Shown here: piece by piece, positions 27,291 through 39,206 of the stretch
Position numbering within the stretch: position 1 is the stretch's first letter
Layout: each line of letters opens with the position of its first letter
DNA from: Balanoglossus misakiensis
Lineage: Eukaryota; Animalia; Hemichordata
Assembly (NCBI GenBank): GCA_040954595.2
Contig: CM082576.2
Coordinates: 12,155,129-12,219,128 of the forward strand
Direction of reading: 5' to 3'
Length of the DNA stretch: 64,000 nucleotides
Notes under the pieces: generated by a model
The model's database searches: none
What the model saw: only the letters and a program-made list of their open reading frames with translations
What the model was told of the DNA's origin: nothing
Made by a program: the position numbers and the translations under genes

Positions 27291-29982
27291 AGCATTGATG
27301 GTAACAAATTAATATTATTTAGTGAACTGATGACATCGTTGTGAAAATCATTTTAAAATAATCATGACAATGAATTGTCCCCGGGCTATGCAGTGTATTT
27401 TGTGTAAAAAAAAAAAAGCATTAAACGATATATTTACAGGAACATTGACGGAATGGACAAATTCGAACCTTAATATCAGTTTGTGTAAGGGAAAGCAAGC
27501 ATTAAGCATATGATGTACATTTGTACTATAGTTTGTTGATTCTATACCATTGAGAGTAGACTTGATTCAGGGTAACGCATGTAGCAGTTGTCGCAAAAAG
27601 ACATGTGGTTTTGCTCGGCGAAGTTTGACTGGGCTATATTGGACATTTCATGACAATAATTCGCAGAATATTTTCGACCGGCTTTAGATGAGCACACTAA
27701 CAAATATCGCTTCTAGTTTAGAATCACCAAACCTGAGTATAAGATCTTTGTGGACTTGAAAACATTTGTACGCAATCTTTTGAACATTGTAACAGTAACA
27801 TTTTATTTAATGATATTTATTTAGTAAATATACTAATTTGGTATAAAAATGGACAAGCTATCTATACACAGAGGGCAACTTGCCCAACAGTTAGATGTAC
27901 ACCAGGTTATGTCATGTTACAATGGAAAGACAAATACGATAATTGTCCATTTTCCCCTCTTCCCTGCCAAAAGGGGTGGGGCACACAATATTTCGAAAGG
28001 AGCGAATTAAAAATAGTCCGTGGCTATTTTGGGCCTCGGCATTTTTATGATTTGTTTGTTTAGAATGACTTCATATAGTCAAGTATCACGGAGACAAAAA
28101 GGTACCAGGAGGCAAATAACTAAAAATAGACATATGAGCTTGTTTTGGAGCCTCAGATAGAGTGGTATTAAAAATTATGGGGCACGGTCGCCTTCGGATT
28201 GAAGAAGATCTAGACTAGGAAAACACTAACATAGAAAGGGCAAACACGTTTTGTGGCCAAAGTTGAGAGTGGTCGCGGAAGTAAGGCATTTTATGTCAAA
28301 GAGTGATTCTGTTGCAAATGGCATCAACTACACTTCTCGCTCGTGGCGTCATTGAAATAAATTCCGAAGGTGAGAATGAAAATGCGATGCTACACCGTAT
28401 GCCACATCTCATAATGAAACTGGTTTAATTGTGACACGGATATAATCGTTATAACCCCACTTCATCAGAATGGAAGAAATTCCCGAACTCCTGAACTTGA
28501 ACGTCAAGGGTTTTTTTTCAGCATAAACACGCACAAAAAGCGTAGAAGCCACAACACGGCAGAATCCTCTGGAGTATAGTCAATTACTCAAATCGATGAA
28601 GTTATGTTTACAAAACTGGTATCACTACTAAAATGCACAAGGATTATAGCTATGATTCCACTGGTGATAATTTTTTTTGTAAAGAACATATCTGAATGGA
28701 AAAATAAAGTTAGACATTAAAACTTTACTATTCTAAACATTTTAAAGGTAGATATTGATTCTTGCCCATATACACAGGGTTCAATGAACGATGTGCCAAC
28801 GTGCATGGACTGTAGTGTCCACTTTCTATGGCGCCAGTCCATGTCCTATAGGGTACGTCTCTCGTTTTGACACGAAACCAGACGCCGCGGCGACAGTTGA
28901 ATTAACGACATCGTAGCATCGGCATGCCGTAAAATCACGAACCACAACTTGCTAACATTGACTTAGCGGGGAGATCTGTGACCAACGTGTGTCGCAAAAC
29001 ATTATACATTTCATTTGATTTTATTCTGAAGACTGAAACCTTGAAATGCATGAACGATTTATTGATGGAGAATTTGTTTTGCGAAATCCGTCAAGGAGGT
29101 CGCATTGTCGTTTTGTCAGCAGATGGGATTGTTGGGCAGGTAATTATTAATCTATATTTATTGCTTTTAAAATACAAGGTTCGCGCAAGCAGTAAACCCA
29201 GATTCAAGGAGACAGGTCAAATTAACGGCATGTTGTGAAGGGAAACAAACCGTCTATGGGCATTGAAATACGAAGACGAAAGTAAACACACACTTCGGGT
29301 TATAGTTATGACTTTTGGGCGCAAAGCCAATCTTTTTTGATGAGATTCGACATATTCATCAAAGGAGATATGGATACACAAATGAATAAAAGTAGTGAGT
29401 TGTCTGGAATCAATTATACTAGAGCAAATAAATGTATCGATTCCATGCCTGTATTTGAACCAGGATGAAGTCAGAGACCTTTTCCAATGATCACAAATCA
29501 AACACTGCGGCCTGCTTGGTTGTTTACTTTTATTTTCTTCTAAAAACAAAATCACACAGCGTACTAATTCCGTCTTGATTAAAAGTTTCAGTCCCTTGCA
29601 GGCTACACATTAGCCTCCGAACATAACCACCGAGGCCTTTGTGGTCATCGAGCAGCAGAGCGCCCTCACATGACGTATATTTCAGTCTAATTCCTTTCCT
29701 CGTCCTATGATTTTGCTCAATAAACATTGCTTATGTATGAAACACTAGATATTTTGCAATATTTAAGACAATTGGTTTAATATTCTTTATTTCTCCTTGA
29801 ATATATATAGGCAAGTAAATCAGTCTCTTTGTACTCTGTTACACTGATTGTAAAATTCTCTTTGTCATAAGATCAATGACATGGATCACATTTGGTGAAG
29901 TGATTGCACAATCAAAGCCCTGGATGCTGGGCATCCAATCAGATTGACCCTACTATCGAAGGCAAAGTTCCGTGCATGTTAA

Positions 29983-32608
29983 TCAATGGGCAACTGAAAA
30001 CTTGTACCATGTTGTATGGTCATACGTGTCTCCGGCTTGTAGAACACTGTTGGGAAAGTTTGGCTGCAACAGGAAAGAAAAGGAATCAATCAGTAAAGCA
30101 TGGGAGACATAAAATAGGCTAAGTGGTACATGCATCTGCAGTAGCCACTGAGAAGCCTGTGAAATATTTGCAAATTGTACCTATTATAAAATTCCTGCTC
30201 TGTGTGCCGTCTGGGTGGTACTGAAGTCATTTTTCGCAAAGTGGTGTGCTGTACTAGCACTCTGCAGCACCACTTTAGCGTGCATCAAACCAGAAATTCA
30301 AAACTTAAGCAAGCAGAGCATGAAATAATTTCTCCACAAACTGGAGAAGAAGTTGAGCACGGGAGAATTAAAGCACACACCCGATTGATTGCATTCGGAT
30401 AATTCTGTGTTTCCAGGCAGAATCCAGAGTGTTTGGGATACTTTTTTCCTTCCTTGCACGAAGCCACGCCCTCCAGATAATTTGAGGAGTAGAAGTGAAC
30501 CGAGGGCTGGGTGGTGAATGCCTCCAATACGCGTCCAGACTTCGGATGAACAACTCTGTGAGAGAAAATGTTTGTTCCGTGACAATATACTATGCTGTTG
30601 AGTCTATAAGTGGGAAAGTTTCGCTTATTTGAACAACAGCCTCCTCTGATTTCATCCAAGCAAGCATCATAGGTGACACTGGAAATCTCAAGGTTGTAAA
30701 TCAACCATTGAGAGTTTTACCTTGCGAATGGTTCTTTTTGTTTCTCTTTGGAAGACTTGAGACAGAATGAGTTGTCATAGCCACCAGGAACTTGGTGAAC
30801 TCGGTCGCCGATAGCAACTGGTTGTCTCAGGTCGTACAACGTTCCTTCGACTGATCTTATTTCACCTGTGGAATAATCAGAAACGTGACGCGATGATTTC
30901 AGATCTGATCTATCTTGTGCAAGTGGCCAAATTACATTTCCATATGCATACGACTGCAGGGGATGGTGTCTTGGAAAAATCTTGCAGCATTTATCCTGGC
31001 AGTTCTGTGACTTCTACAGTATATACAGGTTGACATGCAGGGACCGCCCCACTGCACTACCTACTGGTACTGTACTTTCTTAGACATACCTGTTGGAACC
31101 TGAGTCTCATCCAAGGCAATATAGCTTTCTGCAGATATCGAGATTTGATGGTCATACATATCTGGGGTACCCTGTAATTAGCAAAAAACATTTTCAAAAT
31201 CTTAGTACCGTAATGTTTATCCTTCATTGAACATCCGATGAGACTTTGTTTTCCAGTGAAATTATCAATTTCATTGGAATCATTTGCTGTGCACAATCTC
31301 ACCCCTCATTAAAAATTACAATTTTAACTTCTATGTTGCTATCTACGTAGGAACATATAGACATCAGTCAATTCTCAGAAAAAATATTGGCAAAAAAGTA
31401 ATCCAAGACTTTGACTGTTTTTATACTTACATGTCCGGCTAAATTGAAGTAGGAATGGTTGGTCAGACTGACGGGAGTGGCTTGCGTACACTGGGCTGTG
31501 ATGTGAATGACAATCTCATTTTCCGCCGTCAGTCGATAGGTGACTTGTGTTGTCAGTTCCCCAGGGTAGCCTTCCTCCCCATCTGGGCTGACGTAGGTCA
31601 GTTTGACGCCGTCTCCTTCCACAGCACCAACCCAGTTTTTCTGTAATTTCATTCAAAGTTTTGAAATGTATACACTATAAGATGGAGCTGATTGACTTTT
31701 GCTTGACAAGGGTGGAATATTCATTATGGTACAGTGAAATGGTGGGAAAAGTTTACAACATCTATATATATTATTTTTGAGATGTGTTTGAAGTAGATAT
31801 TTGCTTTACTTCAAACACATACCAAAACTAATTGATAAATGGTGTGTTTACATCCATAAACTTGTTACACAATCTGCTCTGGTATATATACATGTATAGA
31901 AAGATAAGAGTGTCTTGCCAACATGAGATACCAAAGCATACAAGACATATAGTTGTATTGTATGATTTTACAATATGAATCAAATTCCAGTGCACAAGAA
32001 AAGGTGGGGTGAAATACTTATGTAATATTTCATCAGATCACATCAGATAAAACACCACTATAAACTTGAGGATTTGAAGGTGGATTCCTTGGACATAGCC
32101 TTACCCGAGAGAATCCTTGAAATCCTCCATGAAGATGGTTTGGTCCATTATTGACCGTCAACTGATATTCCTTGCCGTTGACGGTGATTTTACCATCGCC
32201 TATTCTGTTTGCCACTCGACCAACAATTTCACCGAGGTAGAAGCCGTCATTTTCATAATCTGTCAAATTTTGGAAGATATGTTACTTAAGTGAAGGGAAA
32301 AAATGTGCATGTACACTTTCATACGTGGGTTAATACGTTCTAGTGCATACATGTATTAAATTGGCAGATTGGTAGAAGAAATTAATGTCTGTGAGTATAG
32401 ACGTATTCATACCCTCTACTGTGGAATACGCAAGTACCACATCATCATAGCTGCCTGTCTTGTCTGGGACTCGTATGGAGGTTATGGCAGCACCGAAGTC
32501 AATGACCTGCACAACCACGCCATGGCTGTTCTTCAGAGTGTATCTGGAGACAACTTGACCATCCTTGGTTTTGCCAAAGACGTCAACATTTACAGTTGTA
32601 GAGCTCAT
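29983..32608 (-). CDS. GALM: Galactose mutarotase (aldose 1-epimerase), 347 aa; exons 32608-32413, 32259-32105, 31640-31431, 31171-31090, 30865-30721, 30555-30381, 30063-29983
   Basis: Family motifs GRVANRI, NGPNHLHGG, DGEEGYPG, LTNHSYFNLAG and GFCLETQNYPNAIN. All GT-AG junctions are phase-consistent. Probable 5' UTR exon with a donor at 33007/33006. Confidence 0.95.
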
Positions 32609-33007
32609 TCCTGTCAAAGTGATAAATGAGTTTGCATTAGCAACTGTCTTGCTCACATATTTCCAGATCCCTCTTTCACCACTAATTTTCAAGCCCCTCC
32701 CCCCCCCCTATTTTTTGTGATCACTGCCTTATAGCGCACCCAAGGTCAGCACTTGGTAAATGGTACATGATCTTTAGCAAGAGGCAGGAGCAAGACCCCT
32801 GTCTCCTTGTATTGTATGTGGTAGTAACCTCAGTCGATGTTACACGGCCTCCACCACAGACCGAGGAGGTGGAGTCCGTGTAACGATGGGAACACACAAA
32901 GCACAGACTCCAGAGCTATAACACATGAAACACGTTGGCACTGCACTGCACTCAATTGTCACCGATGCGACGAAAGTACGCCGTTACGAAATTTCAGTGG
33001 CCTTACC

Positions 33008-33650
33008 TTGGAAACATTGATTGATACACGATAAATAATTATTTGTGCAGGGTTTGACCAAACGGAACCAGGTTTGATCACTGATGGAGCAGATCGGTAT
33101 TAAAACTTCGGGTTTGTGGGCGTGGCGATCAGGTCACCGCCCCGGGGTCACCGCATCTGCGTACTGTATTTCGGGTTGTGGTTTGTAAGATTGCGTAATA
33201 CATTTAGTTGTAGCACAGTCGCTTGTCAAGTTACCTGGGTAACGCCATCGGGGCCGGAGTACTGGCCTGCGATGTTTCCTTTTTCATGATCGACATTACA
33301 TTTGCAGCCCGCCATGGCGAAGGCCCTAAGCTCATGATAGAATTTCATTCATTCATTCATCCATTCATTCATCTATCTATCCATCCACCCATTCATTCAC
33401 TCACTCACCCACTCGTGTATTCATTCATTCATTCATTCATTCATTCATTCATTCCCTCACTCACTCTCATTCATTCATTCAATTGTACATTTTTACCAGA
33501 CCGCGAGAAAACAAGACAATGCACAAAAACAATCTACGTTCATTGTGAACATGGTGAATGTGACGGATTCAACTTCGACCATTGGTGGCGCTGTATAACC
33601 GTACCCGGAAAAGTTTGCTTCCGGTTGTTGTCAACAACTTGTCAAGATGC
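33008..33650. promoter_or_regulatory. Probable shared bidirectional promoter region for GALM and the dioxygenase
   Basis: Short, relatively CpG-rich interval between head-to-head genes. GGTCACCGC occurs twice (about 33132 and 33146), and there is an inverted ETS-like pair CCGGAA...TTCCGG at about 33605-33624. Candidate first-exon donor GAG|GTATTT at about 33754. Confidence 0.45.
33343..33481. repeat. (ATTC)n/(ATCC)n tetranucleotide microsatellite
   Basis: Repeated ATTC, CATC and CACT units in the GALM-dioxygenase intergenic region. Confidence 0.92.
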
Positions 33651-34458
33651 GACATCGTGCGTAGAAACCGGACTCTTCACCTCATTCCGAAGAATATGAC
33701 AACAAATGCCCCCTGACGTGTACTGACAACCACAACGAGTCGACGTGTTATGAGGTATTTTCTATTTTCGACGATCACGTAATCACTATCGGCGCGCATA
33801 TATATTTCATGTTTTCAAATACAGCTGTACACAGTGTACAGACAAGTCTAAATTCCAGAGAACAGTCCGAGACGCCAGAAGCACCTGAGCTGAAGGTGAT
33901 TGAAATGATCTGAGTCTATGGCGACAACATTGCCAACATTGCTTTGCTTGCCTTAGGCAGAAAGTTCAAGTGAGCTTGGTTGCGTATGTCGAATGTTTGT
34001 TGTAGAAAACACACTGGGGTCTGGATTGCAGACTAGCATACACTGTGATGAGAAAAATTTTAATCCACAAGCTGGAGCTCATATGGGCTATGTGGGTTAT
34101 GATTAGCTGTAGTACACTTGTTTTGCTGAGACAACCCGACAGATTAGCAAATTGTTTGGCGAATAACACTGACAATGAAAGTGTTGGCTAGTTGAAACTG
34201 GGGGTGGGCTAGTGATCTTGTGTTGTTACAAGCCCCAGTGCATGCAGTGGTATTGGATCTGAAAACAGTTTGCTCTCACTCCTGCCCATGGCATAGACCC
34301 TCAAGGCTCAAGGACAGTTGTCACGTCAAAGGCCTACGCCCTAATAATAAATTGCACATTTCTGATTTACATATTTCACTTCCTTGTTTGAACAGAAAAT
34401 CTCACCTGGTCCCAAAGAGACACAAGACTTTGCTCCACTCGAGACGAGAACCACCACA

Positions 34459-36866
34459 ATGTCTGCAGACAACGGGGCAAACGAGACCACATCGTCACCT
34501 TCTGAAGTCAGTGTACGTCTGGCAGCATTGGAGAAAGTAGATATCAAGCTACCAGGACGTCTTCAAGCTGACAAGCTCGCTTTCTACATTGATGACGTTT
34601 TCACAAAAGATGTTGGTATTTGTCATTAGACTACACCATTTCTTTAAATTTCTGGCATTTCTATATCCATATGAATCTAAATTCTCACTATATCTGCACC
34701 AAGACACGTCAGGATCTTTAAGAGTCTAAAATGTATCTGCCGCTGCTAAGCTTTATTCCATAAAGACAAGTCAATTCAGGTACATGTATCTGTTAACCTT
34801 CTGCTCTAGGAATGTGATGAATTCATCAGAAAAGCGGAAGAGATTGGTTTCAAAATGGCCAAGGTCAACATTGGGGGAGGAAGGTAGGTTTCTGTCTCAA
34901 GATTCCATGAAAGCCATGTATCTATGGAAATCTGTTTTAGGGGCTTCTCACTTTCCCTCCATAAAAACCTGGGAAAAGTTGGTGGAACCCATGTTATGCT
35001 ACTTCATATAATCATTTTTGTTTATGTGTACTAGTACTACATGTAGTACTATCAAGCAGTGTGAAAATAAGATGTTATCTAAAATTTTACAACTGACCAT
35101 GATATAATTTTTGGTTTATAAAGTGTTTTTGAAGAGTGGATGTGTGAGAAGCACCATACTGATCATTTATAATTAACATTTGCTTAACAAAATAGCCATT
35201 TTGCCTTCAGCAGTGTTTTCGGGTCACTGTATTCATACAGCAGCTTGTTTTCATTTGACTGAGACTCAGCACAAGGGACATCAAAACGATCCATGTTTCG
35301 TTGCAGAGAACGGTCGGCACCTGAAGTCAGGAACAATTCCAGGTGTTACATCGATAGCGTCGAGGAAGCGGAGAGAATCTGGGAGAGAGTGAAACAGTTT
35401 GTTCCTAAATACTGGAAAGGTCACAGGGCACTGGGACTCAATGAAAGGTAAGGAACAATACATGACATCATTTTGTTGTTTCATGCAGATGTTTTCGGAG
35501 GGAAAGAAAAATGTTTGCGTTAAAGAAATTTGTTTTAAAAAAATTCAACAATGAAATCATTGATCTTGACAATCTTGAGAAAGATATAAAACACTGCCCT
35601 TTGTGAGTGAGGAAGTGTTGGATATACATGTAGTGCAGATACTCGTAACCTGTGCATTTCCTGTTTTGTTGTTGTAGACTGCGAGTGTTGCGCTACGACC
35701 CAGGAGAACACTTTAAGCCGCATTGGGACGGCTCCTACAGAAGAGACAATGGAGAAAGAAGCTACGTTACCCTGCAGTTGTACTTAAATGGGGTAAAAAA
35801 AATTCCACTTATAATCTTAACAGAAGGCATCCTAACTTCCACTTTCTTACATGCACTGTACCAAGCGTGTGTTTTGATTCCTTAAACACCCAAGTTCTTT
35901 TACTCCAGTTCATAAATACTCCATGAAAGTGTTGCGACTCAGGGTTTCAGGATGTTAAATCTGGGTTAATAAAATCATGAATCAAATTCCCTGACATTTG
36001 AGACGGGTGGCGTGGATGATTATGATGTACGTGTAGCAGGTAGGCTTATGAATGCCACTACAGAATTGTTACTACAGTACCAAGCAAACAAGGTCAGAGT
36101 TCAGGCAGTCGTGTGATGTGGAGATATGAAGTGCAGATGGCACCTGCCAACACATTAGCTCCTGCATGGCTGTGACTTTAACCCTTTCACCACAATGGTT
36201 CAGTCCAAACCCATTGTTTTCTATGGTAAGGTTGGACCTCTTAAGAGGGAACTAGGGGTGAAAGGGTTAATGAACAAAATGTTTGAAAATGCTGGTCAGT
36301 TTTCCTTCCAGAGAAATTGGCGTTTTCACATTTTATGGCACAAGTTTTTTTGAGTTTCACTGTTGAATAGTAATAACACTGGGTGAATGTTTTCATGTGT
36401 TTGAATCTTGTTCATTTTATTACTTACACAGGAATTTAGTGGTGGTTGCACAACATTTCTGCCGTTAGATTATGAATCCGATGAAGTGGAATGTATCCCA
36501 GAAACAGGTTGGTAGTGACAAAACTGTAATAAACAGTATACACAGATTGACTGACCAATGTGGCAATCTTGTCCAAATATGATGTGCTCACTTGTAACGA
36601 GCTGCTAAGGTTCCACCTTAAACAAACATATTCTGTATTCCTGATCTGTTGAGCATAAGATTTCTTGAAAATAGTAAGCATATAAAATGTAGAATATGCT
36701 GATTTTTTTCACCTATTTTTTATCACATTCAGGTCGTGTTTTGATATTCCAACATGATATTTTACATGAAGGCTCCACAGTCTTTGATGGCAGGAAATAC
36801 GCAATCCGGACAGATGTTATGTACAGCAATGAGACTGTCACTTTCGATGAAAAGTGTGAAGACTGA
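34459..36866 (+). CDS. 2-oxoglutarate/Fe(II)-dependent dioxygenase (prolyl-4-hydroxylase-like), 230 aa; exons 34459-34611, 34810-34883, 35307-35447, 35678-35792, 36432-36507, 36733-36866
   Basis: Spliced product carries GLNERLRVLRYDPGEHFKPHWDG (HxD), TLQLYLNGEFSGGCTTF, GRVLIFQHDILHEG (distal His) and GRKYAIRTDVMY. Canonical junctions keep the frame. Confidence 0.9.
36178..36270. mobile_element. piggyBac-like TTAA MITE (~90 bp)
   Basis: TTAA-CCCTTTCACC ... GGTGAAAGGG-TTAA, giving TIRs with a TTAA target duplication. Confidence 0.75.
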
Positions 36867-37981
36867 TATGTCACAACAATGACTACAAGACAGAAATGAA
36901 ACATAATCTGTGTCCACCAAATTCAAACTTTGTTTCAGAAACAGTGGTGTCACCGATGTGAGGGACAGAGCTGAATGTTGCATTCTGGGAAACAGTGACA
37001 TATTACCAATAGAGGGCTCCCTACTGGTCAACCAGCAAATTTACAAATATTGTACTAGATAATTTTATGTAGTACTATGTCAGAACACATATATTACGAA
37101 CCATTTCTAGTATAACAGAGTTTTAGTGATGAATTAAATCTCATAGTAGCGTGCTTTGTATAAAAACATAGAGGTTTCAGATGCAATATGCATGTACATG
37201 TACATTTATTTTTTTTATCACTTAAATGAAATTATTAGGATAGTGTATAGTAATTATATATAATAGAAAACCAGCAAAAAATCACATAGTGGTTTATGTC
37301 AAGCACAAGAACATTTATGATGTACCGGGTATATAAAGCTGATGGGCAGAGATGGATTTACAAACTTCTTGCATTCCAACCACTACCTGCAATTGACTTA
37401 GAGTAACTTTTGTTTGCCTAAGTTTTGCTGAGCATTTTATTGTGTTTGTTCATAGTCTCATTTATCCCCCTACCCCAACCCACTTTGACATTGTACATGT
37501 TACCATGTACAGTAATATGTACAGTAATACGCTGTTTTAATGAGTTGCTCAGAATATTTTACGTGCCAACTTTTTAGACAGTTAGAATTTTATCATATTC
37601 TGCAAGTTTTGATAGAAATTTCTGTGAATGTGTGAAATGCACACATCCTTTCTTGAGGAACAGTCATGTGAAGTTGAACATATTAACTTTAAGTTGCTTT
37701 GTAGTTGAGCTCATATAAGTTCATGAACCCATCACATTTTTTCTATATATTTGAATAGATTTATGGTACCAGCATATCGTTTAATTCCCTCCAGGCTTAG
37801 TTCTGTGAGCCAAATGTCTGTACATATTTAACAGGAAGACAAGTCAACATTTGAGAGTCATCTGTGCAGACAGAACACGTCATATATGTGCAGTTTTGAC
37901 CATTTAAGTGTGGTATGTCATGTGACTGAACTGATCACACACAAGTGGAGAACTGCACCCACATGATGTCCAGTCTTGTCG

Positions 37982-38075
37982 TTGACCCTTTCACAACCAT
38001 GGTTTGATCCAAATCTGTTTGTTTCCTATGGGAAAGTTAGACCTCTATACAGGGAAATGGGGGTTACGGAGTTAA
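37982..38075. mobile_element. Second, decayed copy of the TTAA MITE
   Basis: TTGACCCTTTCACAACCATGGTTTGATCCAAA...GTTAGACCTCT...GGAGTTAA is collinear with 36178-36270. Confidence 0.65.
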
Positions 38076-39194
38076 AAAATTGTGCAATTTAAATATAGGC
38101 TGAGTATGAGTTACATACACTGTTTTGTACATTATGATGAAGGCATTGCTGTATTTCTCCTGATATTACCTTAGGACACCTGGTGATCTGAACATGTAAA
38201 ATTTGAAAAAAAGTTGTTATGTTGGGCTCTTGGACCTCGGTAGGTTTCAAAATTGCCTTGGTAATTTGTTTGTTTATTTCACGGCAGATGAGCCAAAGCC
38301 TATAATTCAGCACATGTATGATTGTATATTGAAAACTATAAAAAAAAGTAATCCACCTATATTTATACATGATATCAAATTATTTTTAAAACATAAAATA
38401 ATGTTACTGGATTTTATACTGAATACATGCATAAAAATATTTTATGAATGTAAATGTATATGGCTTCTGTACTTACATGCTTCTACGTGGTTATAATATA
38501 ACGCAACTTTTTATAAGTTTTAATCTGCAATAAACTAACATTCAAACGCTACTTTTAAGTTGCAGCTTTGTCATTTGTCACAGTGAAAGATTGTTTTTTC
38601 TACTACATTGATGAGCATTCTATATACTCCATTATCTTAGTAATAAACTTTTGGTATGTTGAACCTTATCAAAATGGTTGTATATATTAAACATGTATGC
38701 TAAAACTGCCTAAACTGTGACACTTGATGTTGTATAGAAATGAATATACATGTGCAACCTTGTAAAAACAAAGAAAAACATTAGTCAGATTAAAAAATCT
38801 TCAGTGAATATTTTGAATGCCTTGCTGATAAAAGTATTATTTATAGATTCTCTGTGCCTTTTCAGTTGACATTCTGTTGACAAATGATGTGGCGCTTTAA
38901 TACAATGGGAAAAATTCGTCAAGGAAATACAAAAGCTTCGCAGTGTGTTACATAGCTGGGTACATGTATATAATATGGTTATCACATGAATTGTCATTGC
39001 ACCGGAAAAATAACGTGTACACGTCCCAACATGTGTATTGCCATTGAGCTGAGGTGCCCAGAATATAGTATCTGAGTGCAAAATGACATGGCCAGGGAGG
39101 GCTGTTTGGGGGCGCACTGTAACTGGTCCAAGATTTCACAGTACAGTGACGCGTCGCGCGCGCGTCTCGTGCATGTACATGATGTACGCATTCA

Positions 39195-39206
39195 ACAAAA
39201 TGGCGA
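39195..39206 (+). promoter_or_regulatory. YY1-type motif overlapping the hnRNP L start codon, downstream of a CG-rich promoter element
   Basis: CAAAATGGCG contains the ATG at 39200. An upstream GTGACGCGTCGCGCGCGCG lies at about 39146-39164. Confidence 0.45.

Noticed and set aside
33223-33699. 158-aa ORF with FIHS repeats
   Set aside because: Arises from the (ATTC)n microsatellite in the promoter interval.
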